Positions 29,338 to 38,524 of a DNA stretch of 64,000 nucleotides are shown piece after piece; within the stretch, counting starts at the first letter, position 1; the number at the start of each line of letters is the position of its first letter. Origin of the DNA: a virus (taxonomy: Duplodnaviria; Heunggongvirae; Uroviricota; Caudoviricetes); the IMG/VR virus record IMGVR_UViG_2778261161_000002; one strand, 5' to 3'. The notes beneath the pieces were generated by a model. It made no database searches and was not told the origin of the DNA. It saw only the letters and a list, made by a program, of their open reading frames with translations. The position numbers and the translations under genes are program-made.

Positions 29338-30375
29338 TTACCAGAGCTTCGCGGCGTACTGCGTTTGGGGGAATGTGTATCCGTAACGTTCTTCGATTGC
29401 TTTGCCGTATTTTTTACGAGCTTCATTCAGTTTAATGCCGGTCAGGTCGTCTCCAGAGGCCATCATTACGTCTAACAATTCCAGATCCATTTTATCCAGC
29501 CTTGCCATTGCTTCACGTGATGTACGTATCTTACGTTCAATGATATGGCGAATAGCCGGATCGGCATCCTCCAGCATCTTAGCGGATTTCTGCTTAAGGC
29601 TTTCATTGCGAATATCGATGTTCCTTAAGATGTACGACTTCGCAACGTAGCTTGGCTGGTGTTTTTCCAGGTCACGAACACGATATAAGTTAAAATCGCC
29701 GAGAAGGCTGCAAGGTACCGATTCGACGCCAGAATAAATTGTAATGCTCCGGCGTTCACCAACATTATTGACAACGGGGATCGTTGTCTTCGGTAGTCTT
29801 GCGAAAACCAATGCGCCATGTGCGCCAACTCTAAAGCGAGAAAGGGCATTGCTGCCTTCGATGTTTGTTGTCAGCACAACATCTGTATATGCCTCTTTAC
29901 GCGCCCGGTAGATCTCGCCTTCAGGCTCAGCTTCAAAGAAGCGCTGTTCTTCTTCAAGAGCACCTACGATTTGAGAAAAAACCCTATTTTTCAGGCTTTT
30001 CTTTATGATTTTGTCGTATTTTTTTAGCAATTGTTCACGTGTAAATGTACGTGTTGTTGTAGCGCTTTGCACAACGACATGCGTGCTTTGATTGGTGTCC
30101 TCAATGATGAATGGGATCGGAGAATATACAGACTCAACAATGTTCGACGCTTTGCCGTCGGCATCGCGGCACATGTCAACGAAGGCTTTCCATTCAGCAA
30201 GACATTTTTCAGCTTCTTCTAATATGTTTTGGTCATGCGTTAATGCAACATGGCGGAATTCCTCGCCAGCATAACTGGTATCATGGAAAACAGAGTTTGC
30301 GACCACCAGCTCTTTCCACCGTTCAGCGGTTTGCAGGAACCGTTTGTACTCTTTCTCGATCGACTTCTTACTCAT
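29338..30375 (-). CDS. Putative C1-like immunity repressor, 345 aa
   Basis: Position between pacB and lox/cre as in P1; operator-like motif 20 bp upstream of its start; no family motif verified. Confidence 0.4.
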   Translation of the reverse strand: MSKKSIEKEYKRFLQTAERWKELVVANSVFHDTSYAGEEFRHVALTHDQNILEEAEKCLAEWKAFVDMCRDADGKASNIVESVYSPIPFIIEDTNQSTHVVVQSATTTRTFTREQLLKKYDKIIKKSLKNRVFSQIVGALEEEQRFFEAEPEGEIYRARKEAYTDVVLTTNIEGSNALSRFRVGAHGALVFARLPKTTIPVVNNVGERRSITIYSGVESVPCSLLGDFNLYRVRDLEKHQPSYVAKSYILRNIDIRNESLKQKSAKMLEDADPAIRHIIERKIRTSREAMARLDKMDLELLDVMMASGDDLTGIKLNEARKKYGKAIEERYGYTFPQTQYAAKLW

Positions 30376-30394
30376 TATTCCTACTCGATTTAGT

Positions 30395-30403
30395 TTTCTA
30401 ACA
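30395..30403 (+). promoter_or_regulatory. Operator-like motif (copy 8) at promoter of repressor-like gene
   Basis: agtTTTCTAACAtaaaatt; partial second copy TTTTAGAAAA at 30477..30488. Confidence 0.5.
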
Positions 30404-30584
30404 TAAAATTACTATGACAAATTTATGTCGAATAACAGAGTGAGTAAAGGATCGAACTGTGATTTTTTGTCATCAATTTTAGAAAACCAACCGTAGAAAC
30501 CACACTTCGCAAATTAAAGACCATGAAGGCAACGTGTTACTGGTCATCATCAATCTATGATGGATTTAAAAAAATCGGCATTTT

Positions 30585-30618
30585 ATAACTTTAAATAATT
30601 GGCATTATTTAAAGTTAG
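30585..30618 (+). other. lox-like recombination site: ATAACTTTAAATA-ATTGGCAT-TATTTAAAGTTAG
   Basis: 13-bp inverted arms (12 of 13 complementary) around an 8-bp asymmetric spacer; outer arm ATAACTT identical to loxP; about 150 bp upstream of Cre homolog. Confidence 0.7.
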
Positions 30619-30626
30619 GCTATAAT
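30599..30626 (+). promoter_or_regulatory. Sigma70-like promoter TTGGCA-N16-TATAAT overlapping the lox-like site
   Basis: -35 TTGGCA 30599..30604 lies in the lox spacer; -10 TATAAT 30621..30626; reads toward cre homolog. Confidence 0.45.
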
Positions 30627-30769
30627 CATGTGTAGATGAACAGTGTTGACATCACTGAAAATACGTGCCTCGAATCAAAGGCTTGTATTTTGAAAATTAA
30701 CTTATAGCTACCCTGTCATTTTTATATTTTTCGCGTAGCGTCATCTGTATATAGAGGTGTAATAGTTTC

Positions 30770-31798
30770 ATGAGTGAATTAATTATCTCTGGCAGTTCCG
30801 GTGGTTTTCTGCGCAACATTGGCAAAGAGTACCAGGAAGCCGCAGAAAACTTTATGCGGTTCATGAATGACCAGGGGGCTTATGCGCCGAATACTCTGCG
30901 CGACCTCCGGTTGGTGTTTCATTCCTGGGCGCGCTGGTGTCACGCTCGCCAGCTTGCCTGGTTTCCGATCTCACCAGAAATGGCCCGCGAGTATTTTCTT
31001 CAGCTGCATGATGCCGATCTGGCTTCGACCACCATTGATAAGCACTACGCCATGCTGAACATGCTGCTTTCGCATTGTGGCCTTCCGCCACTTTCGGATG
31101 ATAAAAGTGTTTCTCTGGCTATGCGGCGCATCCGGCGCGAAGCGGCAACTGAAAAAGGCGAACGAACAGGCCAGGCTATACCGCTTCGGTGGGACGATCT
31201 GAAACTGCTCGACGTCCTGTTGTCCAGGTCAGAACGGCTGGTGGACCTGCGCAACCTGGCTTTTCTCTTTGTTGCATACAATACGCTGATGCGTATGTCG
31301 GAAATATCGCGTATTCGTGTAGGTGATCTGGACCAAACAGGTGACACTGTCACGCTACATATTTCACACACGAAGACAATAACGACCGCCGCCGGGCTTG
31401 ATAAGGTGCTTTCCCGTCGCACTACCGCTGTGCTGAATGACTGGCTGGATGTTTCCGGGCTTCGCGAGCATCCTGACGCTGTGCTGTTCCCGCCGATACA
31501 CCGTAGCAATAAGGCCAGGATCACGATAACGCCCCTTACTGCACCTGCAATGGAGAAAATATTCAGCGACGCCTGGGTGTTGCTGAATAAAAGAGATGCT
31601 ACGCCAAACAAAGGAAGATACCGGACGTGGACCGGGCATAGTGCACGCGTCGGGGCCGCTATTGATATGGCTGAAAAGCAGGTGTCTATGGTGGAGATCA
31701 TGCAGGAAGGAACCTGGAAGAAACCGGAAACACTTATGCGGTATCTTCGCCGTGGCGGCGTGTCTGTGGGGGCTAATAGCCGCCTGATGGATTTGTAA
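30770..31798 (+). CDS. cre: Cre-like tyrosine recombinase, 342 aa
   Basis: Blocks WFPISPEMAREYFLQL, NMLLSHCGLPPLSDDKSVSLAMRRIRRE, IRNLAFLFVAYNTLMRMSEISRIRVGDL, WTGHSARVGAAIDMA, LMRYLRR align with P1 Cre including catalytic R, H, R, W, Y. Confidence 0.85.
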   Translation: MSELIISGSSGGFLRNIGKEYQEAAENFMRFMNDQGAYAPNTLRDLRLVFHSWARWCHARQLAWFPISPEMAREYFLQLHDADLASTTIDKHYAMLNMLLSHCGLPPLSDDKSVSLAMRRIRREAATEKGERTGQAIPLRWDDLKLLDVLLSRSERLVDLRNLAFLFVAYNTLMRMSEISRIRVGDLDQTGDTVTLHISHTKTITTAAGLDKVLSRRTTAVLNDWLDVSGLREHPDAVLFPPIHRSNKARITITPLTAPAMEKIFSDAWVLLNKRDATPNKGRYRTWTGHSARVGAAIDMAEKQVSMVEIMQEGTWKKPETLMRYLRRGGVSVGANSRLMDL

Positions 31799-31804
31799 AT
31801 TAAA

Positions 31805-31813
31805 TTTCTAACA
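31805..31813 (+). promoter_or_regulatory. Operator-like motif (copy 9)
   Basis: aaaTTTCTAACAcatct just after cre stop. Confidence 0.45.
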
Positions 31814-31871
31814 CATCTTTTTAGATTAACATCTTTGCTGTAAAGTACCCTCGCCTATTTAGGAGGGTGCT

Positions 31872-32216
31872 TTGCAGAGTCAAATCACGGAATCAAGACG
31901 CTTCAAGGTGGATGGTTACACCGTAACCTTCGCCGCTGGTGTTAAGAACAGTCATGCTGTCGTTGTGTTCGGCATCATGACCGGGCTTGAGGCCGTCCCT
32001 GTGTTTACCCTCGAAAAAAACTGGCGAAATCTGGAGGAAGCAGAAAGCTACGTCCGGAAAGTAACCATCATTGCCGCCGAAAAACTCCTGGCCCACTATC
32101 AGGAAAATTATCGCACTATGGTCGAGAAGATTAATCTCGCTTTCACTCGCCCCACTACCGGCTTTATTGCACCGGATACTAATGCAGGTCGATATCCTGC
32201 AAGGGGGCGTCGGTGA
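31872..32216 (+). CDS. Hypothetical protein, 114 aa (cra-like position)
   Basis: ORF track; RBS GGAGGG. Confidence 0.45.
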   Translation: MQSQITESRRFKVDGYTVTFAAGVKNSHAVVVFGIMTGLEAVPVFTLEKNWRNLEEAESYVRKVTIIAAEKLLAHYQENYRTMVEKINLAFTRPTTGFIAPDTNAGRYPARGRR

Positions 32217-32689
32217 AAACTTATTACCCATCTCTGAATTGTTACCCGTCTTCCTATCCAGAATTATCCGGGAAGCTGTTAGCTCTATTAGCTAAAGCAC
32301 CTACGGAATGGTTTAAGCCAGTCGTTATCAATCCACACTTCCTGGATTACGGAACTGTTCGCACTCGTAACGAACTCAAAAACCTACTGGCGCATGGATT
32401 CATTCGACACCGTGCCGGGAAAGGCTATCAGTTAGCGATTGCGCCAGAAGAGGCCGTGCGGCTATTCGCATATCGTGACAGCCAGACAAAAGCTCGGGTA
32501 ATAGCTCAAATACTTCATAACGGCAGCACCTATGCCCGCCAGTTTGGCGGCGACACGTCGCAGTTCTTGCGGGCGGTGCGATCGCTGGAGGAGCAAGGAG
32601 TTATTGAAAGTTCCTGTCTTCCTGTTCCTACCGTTCCACATATCAAACGTCGGGTTTACACCTTCACGCAGAGAGCTAAAAAACAATGA
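32213..32689 (+). CDS. Hypothetical protein, 158 aa
   Basis: ORF track. Confidence 0.45.
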   Translation: MKTYYPSLNCYPSSYPELSGKLLALLAKAPTEWFKPVVINPHFLDYGTVRTRNELKNLLAHGFIRHRAGKGYQLAIAPEEAVRLFAYRDSQTKARVIAQILHNGSTYARQFGGDTSQFLRAVRSLEEQGVIESSCLPVPTVPHIKRRVYTFTQRAKKQ

Positions 32690-33180
32690 TTTACGTAAAA
32701 GTGAAACGCCTACATCCGGCAGCAAAACTTCCAGCTTATGCCACCTCCGGATCGGCGGCGATGGATTTTGAGGCTGTTGAAATAAAACCATGCGTCGATA
32801 GCAATGGTGCAATTTCCTCAAGCTGGTGGGTGTACACCGGACTGGCTATGGAGATCCCGCCCGGCTGGTGTCTGAAACTCTATCCGCGCTCCGGATTGGG
32901 CTGCAAAAAACATACTCGCCTGGCTAACTGCGTAGGAATTATCGACTCCGATTATCGCGGTGAAATCATGGCAAAACTGATTACTGATCCCGGCGGGGAA
33001 GGCGTTTGTCTCAAGCCTGGAATGGCTGTCATGCAAGGCATTTTTGAGCGTGTTGAACAAGTCTCACTAGTCGAGGTTGAGGAACTCAACGAAACGGAAC
33101 GTGGTGCTGGTGGCTTTGGTAGCACATCGGAAGACCACTTTGAAATCAAGCGCACACCGCTTCAGTACGCAAAGTTTTAA
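32686..33180 (+). CDS. dut: dUTP diphosphatase (dUTPase)
   Basis: Motifs SGSAAMDF, PRSGLG, GIIDSDYRGEI, ERGAGGFGSTSE. Confidence 0.85.
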   Translation: MIYVKVKRLHPAAKLPAYATSGSAAMDFEAVEIKPCVDSNGAISSSWWVYTGLAMEIPPGWCLKLYPRSGLGCKKHTRLANCVGIIDSDYRGEIMAKLITDPGGEGVCLKPGMAVMQGIFERVEQVSLVEVEELNETERGAGGFGSTSEDHFEIKRTPLQYAKF

Positions 33181-33194
33181 GCAGAGGAAAGGCT

Positions 33195-33896
33195 ATGAAT
33201 TACATGACAACGAAAGAGCTTTTTAAGTTCCTTCCCAAATACAAAGCTCACAAAAACGTTAGTGCATCGAAAATCAAAAATGTTGTTATTTTCGGAGTAA
33301 CTGCTTCCCCACTTTGGGGCTGCATCGAACTCGTTGAACCAAAAGGGGCAACAGTTTGTGTTGACGCAATTTTTTTACAAAAACACCGACCAAAAACTGG
33401 CGGGTATCTGATCGTTTATGAAAACGGTTATCTGTTCTATGCCCCGGAGAAACCATTTGAGCAATGCTATGGCCTGGTTAACGACGCCTCCGAAAATGGG
33501 GTATCGCTCAGCATTGAAGGTCACAATGGGGTGACATTCATTACAGCCAGGGACGTAACTATTTCTGCTGGCGGTATCGCTACTCTACAAGAAGAAATCG
33601 ACCTTGAAGCAGCCGACTTTTCTGACGCGCTGATGTGGCTGAAGGATGGCAAGAAAGTTGCTCGACGCGGGTGGAACGGCGAAAACCAATTCTGCTGGCT
33701 GGTTCCTGACAAACAGGGTGCTTCAAGACTAACCCCTATAAAACATGCCGCAAACGGAGAGCTTGAAATCAATTTCGACTCTCCTCTTGCTCCTTATGGT
33801 GCGCATTTCGTTTTGAAAAATGCACAAGGTGTAGTTGTTCCATGGATGCCTTCTGTAGGTGACCTGCTGGCATGTGACTGGTTTGTAGTGGAGTGA
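33195..33896 (+). CDS. DUF2829 (Tad2-like) domain protein with N-terminal extension, 233 aa
   Basis: C-terminal LMWLKDGKKVARRGWNGENQFCWL ... VVVPWMPSVGDLLACDWFVVE matches DUF2829. Confidence 0.6.
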   Translation: MNYMTTKELFKFLPKYKAHKNVSASKIKNVVIFGVTASPLWGCIELVEPKGATVCVDAIFLQKHRPKTGGYLIVYENGYLFYAPEKPFEQCYGLVNDASENGVSLSIEGHNGVTFITARDVTISAGGIATLQEEIDLEAADFSDALMWLKDGKKVARRGWNGENQFCWLVPDKQGASRLTPIKHAANGELEINFDSPLAPYGAHFVLKNAQGVVVPWMPSVGDLLACDWFVVE

Positions 33897-33902
33897 TTTA
33901 AC

Positions 33903-34709
33903 GTGGAAAATACTAAAGCAATTCAATACCGCTTGCGTAATGGCCTGCTGGTGGCTGTTAACGCCGACATGTCACTGCCGTTTGACACGATTGAACGCAC
34001 CATAATGACGTATCTCGGCTTTAATGAAGAACTGAATGAAGAGCATGGCGTAGCTATATGGAGTGATGCAGACAGCGGCGTTCGTCGTTACATCACCGCC
34101 AGGGGCAAAGACTACTCTCTGGAAGAACTGTTTGCCCTTGCGCAGTCTTTCGAATGTGTAGCATTAGACCTGTTTAATGATCCTGCTATAGCGCAACGAC
34201 TTATACGCGAGCTTGGGCTATCCGTTACACCAATTATCTTTAAAAATGGCAGCCTGACTGGCACATGGCGCGTAGAACGCATATCAAACTACCTTCCATA
34301 TAACCGACAGTTAAATGGAGTAATCTCCGGCGTTAATCAGCCCGTAGCATGTGAAAATGTAAACCTGGTTGTCGCTGTTTTGGCAACCGCATGTCGTGTT
34401 ATCGGTTTGGCTAAACAGGCATTTATTCATTTCCCAAATGGTGCAGAAGGTAGCGCAGAGATTATCGCGTGTGATTTCGAATTTACCTGGATGCTACGCG
34501 AATATCTGGACCAAACAGTATTCCGTGCCGAAGAACTGGATATGTATATCACGTCAACGATTCCAGACGATGTGCGAGCTGAAGCAATCGCTACAGCCAG
34601 GGCGAAATGCCGTGCGGCGATTGCAGAACAGGCCAAAGAAGAACAGTCCGATGAAGTCGCGGCAGATGTGGAGGCAGAGGTAGCGGAGGATGCTGATGCT
34701 GACGCCTAA
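33903..34709 (+). CDS. Hypothetical protein with acidic C-terminal tail (PacA-like position in paralogous module)
   Basis: Ends EEQSDEVAADVEAEVAEDADADA; overlaps downstream ATPase-like ORF. Confidence 0.45.
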   Translation: MENTKAIQYRLRNGLLVAVNADMSLPFDTIERTIMTYLGFNEELNEEHGVAIWSDADSGVRRYITARGKDYSLEELFALAQSFECVALDLFNDPAIAQRLIRELGLSVTPIIFKNGSLTGTWRVERISNYLPYNRQLNGVISGVNQPVACENVNLVVAVLATACRVIGLAKQAFIHFPNGAEGSAEIIACDFEFTWMLREYLDQTVFRAEELDMYITSTIPDDVRAEAIATARAKCRAAIAEQAKEEQSDEVAADVEAEVAEDADADA

Positions 34710-35796
34710 AAACATCACCGAATTACCAGAGTGGAGAGAGCTGGTAAGCAAATATAGCCATGACTGGGCATTAGCAGCAGAAGAGTTGATGGGTGTTAAG
34801 TTAACCCACCAGCAAAAGCTAATTGTTGAGGCGATTCAACAAAAAGGTTCAGCAGTCAGCGTCACCACTCCTGAAGGGATAGGCCAAAAGACGGTTATCG
34901 CTATAATTAGTATTCTTTATACAATCCTGATGCCTGAGTCTAAAACGGTTATTGTTTCCCCAAAGTTCTATAATTGTCGCAGGCAAGTTATCCAATACAT
35001 AAGTACGTATTGGGATAGAGTCAGTAACAGAATCCCATTGCTGGGAGAATATTTTAAAGTCGATGGAAACGGCATCAATCATCGTTACCGGGAATATTGG
35101 GGCTGCGAAATTAAGCCATATCACCGAAATTATGAGGAAGGTTTCGGTGGATATTATGCTGAACATCTTTTAATCATTGTTACGGAGGCGGCTCTTGCTG
35201 GCGATCGGCTATTCAGCATGTTAAGAGCATCGTTAGTAAGTGACGATTCACGTATACTTTTAATGTCCGCTCCTTCAGAGGAGGAGCATGGACACTTTTA
35301 CGATTCCCATCATGGTCGTGCTAAATCAGAAGAAAATCCATGTGGTATTTATACAGCCATCAAGCTGAACGCAGAAGATACCCCCATTATTTCTCAAGGT
35401 TATCTTGATAACATTGCAGAAATATATGGTGGTAAAAACAGCGATTACTACCGTCGTATGATTCTTGGTGAGTTTCCTGGTATTAGGGAGGCTGTTCTTG
35501 AATCAGATATGCCGAAGACAATGCGCTTTTCGATGCCTGATGGTAGTGAATGGATAATGCCATTACGAGTGATAGCCCGGCATCATGCACAGCACCACGC
35601 CAAAAAACATGGCGTTACAACATTGGAGTGGTTGAAATCGCACACCATTCCACTCTTCACTGCAGATCACAATGCTATCGTTGAGTGGGCAAAAACAATT
35701 CCGTGGGAGAATGTTGCTGAATACGCCCACATGCTAAAACCGCCGAAAGACAGGCAAGAAATTAGCTGGCTGACAGCAGAAAAAATCATTGAGTGA
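34690..35796 (+). CDS. Terminase-ATPase-like paralog of PacB N-terminal domain, 368 aa, degenerate Walker A
   Basis: HQQKLIVEAIQQKGSAVSVTTPEGIGQKT vs PacB HQQQQIIQSVQETGSRTTVTSGHGTGKSS; GHFYDSHHGRAKS vs GYFYDSHHSQAKT; no C-terminal nuclease region. Confidence 0.55.
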   Translation: MLMLTPKNITELPEWRELVSKYSHDWALAAEELMGVKLTHQQKLIVEAIQQKGSAVSVTTPEGIGQKTVIAIISILYTILMPESKTVIVSPKFYNCRRQVIQYISTYWDRVSNRIPLLGEYFKVDGNGINHRYREYWGCEIKPYHRNYEEGFGGYYAEHLLIIVTEAALAGDRLFSMLRASLVSDDSRILLMSAPSEEEHGHFYDSHHGRAKSEENPCGIYTAIKLNAEDTPIISQGYLDNIAEIYGGKNSDYYRRMILGEFPGIREAVLESDMPKTMRFSMPDGSEWIMPLRVIARHHAQHHAKKHGVTTLEWLKSHTIPLFTADHNAIVEWAKTIPWENVAEYAHMLKPPKDRQEISWLTAEKIIE

Positions 35797-35803
35797 TAGT
35801 AGG

Positions 35804-35829
35804 AAGCCCGCCTGGTTGAGCGGGCTTCT
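35804..35829. terminator. Bidirectional terminator GAAGCCCGC-ctggttga-GCGGGCTTC
   Basis: Hairpin with T-run; between convergent genes. Confidence 0.7.
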
Positions 35830-35831
35830 TT

Positions 35832-36212
35832 TCAAATATTGGAACCATATAGTTCACGTAGTTTTTCCGCTACTGAAGATACGGGGATTTCACCAGTTGC
35901 AGCCCCCACCGCAAGTTCCACCAGCACGGGAGAATCATATACCTGTATACCGTTACGGCGTAGAAATAGCAGCGCACTGTTTAGCGCGGTACGCTTATTG
36001 GCATCATTGAATATATGCCCTCTCGCAGTAGCCACCAGGTAGGTTGCGGAGACTTCGAAAAGGTCGGTGATCTCTTCGTAGGCAACTCTGGCCTGAACTC
36101 TCCCGATAATGGCCTCTGCCCTACCCGGATCTGACATTCCCGGCAGGCCGCCGTAGCGGCTTATATTCGCATCATGAAGCGCAATAAGTTCTTCCGGTGA
36201 TATATGCCTCAT
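35832..36212 (-). CDS. doc: Doc toxin (death on curing, Fic/Doc family)
   Basis: [88 protein letters not shown], near-identical to P1 Doc from memory. Confidence 0.9.
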
Positions 36213-36433
36213 TATCGGTTAACCAGTTCCTTGTTGGTGGAGTCCAGGGTGTCAAACAGGGATGCAAATTCAGCATCCAGCGCCGCCTTTTTGTAGGCTT
36301 CGAAAGTAGCCTTGCTGACAATTACTGCTGGTTCACGGCCTCTGCGGGTGATTTCAACCTCTTCCCCGGCTTCAACATTGTTGAGCAATTCAGAAAGGTT
36401 GCCGCGCGCGGTACGGAAGTTAATGGACTGCAT
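36212..36433 (-). CDS. phd: Phd antitoxin (prevents host death)
   Basis: [73 protein letters not shown]; start taken at second Met; overlaps doc start. Confidence 0.9.
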
Positions 36434-36505
36434 AAACACCTCGTGTACTCGTTATGTGTACACAATCATAAACTTCACAGGCATAAAGCACCAGCACTTT
36501 GCAGC

Positions 36506-36895
36506 TTAAATGACCGGACAATCATCAAACTCCCCACTTCGGGCATCATTGATGACATGAGTGATCACACCAAAAACAGCATTACTACCCGTGTAACCAT
36601 CGTCATCTACTGGTAACGCCTCTTTCTTCCCGGTGCTTAAATCCTCCAGGTGCTGGCGCGGATACTTTCGGTATCTCTTTATGCGATATTCACCCTCCAT
36701 AGCGCACACAAGCAGCGAACCATCAACTGGAGTAAGCGAAGAATCAACCACCAGCAAAGCACCCTGCAATATTCCCTCACGGTGATGGCTGTCTGCCGCC
36801 CGCATGAAGTATGTCGCTGATGGATGCCTGATTAGTTGCTGATCAAGAGAAATTCTGCTTTCAACATAGTCCGCCGCAGGAGAAGGGAAGCCCAT
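36506..36895 (-). CDS. humD: UmuD'-like S24 peptidase (HumD)
   Basis: [29 protein letters not shown] aligns with UmuD [30 protein letters not shown]; lacks UmuD N-terminal arm. Confidence 0.85.
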   Translation of the reverse strand: [129 protein letters not shown]

Positions 36896-37250
36896 AGCGT
36901 TTTCACCTCAATAATACTGTTCATTTATACAGTATACATTAAAGAGACACCTTTGGTGCAAACGCGTTATCGCCGGTCATCATTAACTCCTACATTCAGG
37001 GCAAGAGTTCCCTTCCGCAAAATAGGGGAAACTGCTATCAAGCTCATCACACCATCTGCGATGGTCGTAGCACCAAAACGCCTCCCACGGTGCACGGAAA
37101 TACTTCATCCACCAGGACACTCGATCAGGTATATCTGCTGGTGGCAGCTCTTCTGGCAATAATTTGCCTGATAATTCCCTTTCCGCCCGCGCCAGCATTC
37201 CTTTTAGACTCGCATTCTCTTTTTCAAGAATCTCTATGCGCGCCTGTAAC

Positions 37251-38000
37251 TCAGCTTTCGTTGGCATGGTCCGCCTCATGTTTATCAGCCACCAGCGGCA
37301 ATAAAGCCTTCGCCATTTCATGAACCAACATGGCATCAATGACGCCTAGCGTATGGCCCGGCTTAATCTTTAATGCGGCCTCAAGATAGCCTCTTTCCAG
37401 AGTGGTTTTTACGCTTTTCCTGGGCGCTTGTTGGGAACTATCCGGAAAATCCGGATGGTTCCCAGCCTCATAAGCTACCCGCAACCAGTGCATGAATGTT
37501 TCCGCAGACACACAACCGCAGTCCACATCGATTTTCCCGCGTTGCTGTTCCAGCCATTGCTCAAAATCTAACTTGTAAGCCTTACTTTCAGACTTAACTT
37601 TCTGAGACGCTATGCGAGCTGCTTCATACTGTTCACGAGTGACAACCGATGTAAACGCACTGCGATCAAGGTCACTGATATCGCAAATAATGCCATCAAT
37701 GGAATAATTCTTTGATGATTGGTAATTTTTATGGCGCGTACCAAAAAGAACCGTAGCGCGACTACTACCTGGCATCGTAATGGATAGATGGCAAAAATCT
37801 TTTCCATCAGGCCATCCACGCCCCTTAGATAATTCCTTCACTAACAAGTCAATCAGTGTCATAGCTTTACCATCCTTGCAAGGCGCTAAAGCTATTTTGG
37901 CAAGCTCCAATACTTCATCTGCTGTGTATCCAGCACCGTGACCATACATTTCGATACGGGAAATAATATCTGAAATACGCTCTTTAGTGATTCTTGTCAT
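37251..38000 (-). CDS. Hypothetical protein; N-terminus paralogous to ORF 39067..39987
   Basis: MTRITKERISDIISRIEMYGHGAGYTADEVLELAKIALA vs MTTITKERLLTIKQWRETYGPGSNVVLPAEEAEELARIALA. Confidence 0.5.
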   Translation of the reverse strand: MTRITKERISDIISRIEMYGHGAGYTADEVLELAKIALAPCKDGKAMTLIDLLVKELSKGRGWPDGKDFCHLSITMPGSSRATVLFGTRHKNYQSSKNYSIDGIICDISDLDRSAFTSVVTREQYEAARIASQKVKSESKAYKLDFEQWLEQQRGKIDVDCGCVSAETFMHWLRVAYEAGNHPDFPDSSQQAPRKSVKTTLERGYLEAALKIKPGHTLGVIDAMLVHEMAKALLPLVADKHEADHANES

Positions 38001-38206
38001 AGTTTTATTTCCTTGCATGGTTCGCCTTTACGGCAAACAGCTACACGGTCATTTCTTACATTAACCACAGTCACCGTTCCGTCATCGCATTGAATAACGA
38101 TGAAAGGGTGTTCATTCTCTTTTGTGCAATGTTGCTGTTCCCCTGCTGTAACAGTGAGGGGAATTAATAAAATAATAATTACTGCGAATTTACTAAATGT
38201 TGCCAT
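37997..38206 (-). CDS. Small secreted protein with signal peptide, 69 aa
   Basis: MATFSKFAVIIILLIPLTVTAGEQ; four Cys in mature part. Confidence 0.45.
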   Translation of the reverse strand: MATFSKFAVIIILLIPLTVTAGEQQHCTKENEHPFIVIQCDDGTVTVVNVRNDRVAVCRKGEPCKEIKL

Positions 38207-38230
38207 AGCAATCTTTCTTTCTGTTTTTCA

Positions 38231-38524
38231 TTATGGTTGAATCCAGTTATCTTCAATAGCAATGCTCAATCTTTGTAACCATTCTGCTAATTTCAGCATT
38301 GCTTCTCTTTCGCTTAAACCACGAGGAAAATCATCAAGCGATATTGTTGGCTTGAAGTTTCCCAAATTATCCATTTCAACGGTCAGATTTTGCTCCAGCA
38401 CGGTATTCCTTACGCGGCTATTGTGCCGAAGCAAATATACTGAACGTGATTTATTGGTTTTGTGGTCGAACGTATATTCGGTAAGTATCATCTGGCTTCC
38501 GCCATGATTATTACCGCGCCACAT
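38231..38524 (-). CDS. Hypothetical protein, 97 aa
   Basis: ORF track. Confidence 0.4.
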   Translation of the reverse strand: MWRGNNHGGSQMILTEYTFDHKTNKSRSVYLLRHNSRVRNTVLEQNLTVEMDNLGNFKPTISLDDFPRGLSEREAMLKLAEWLQRLSIAIEDNWIQP

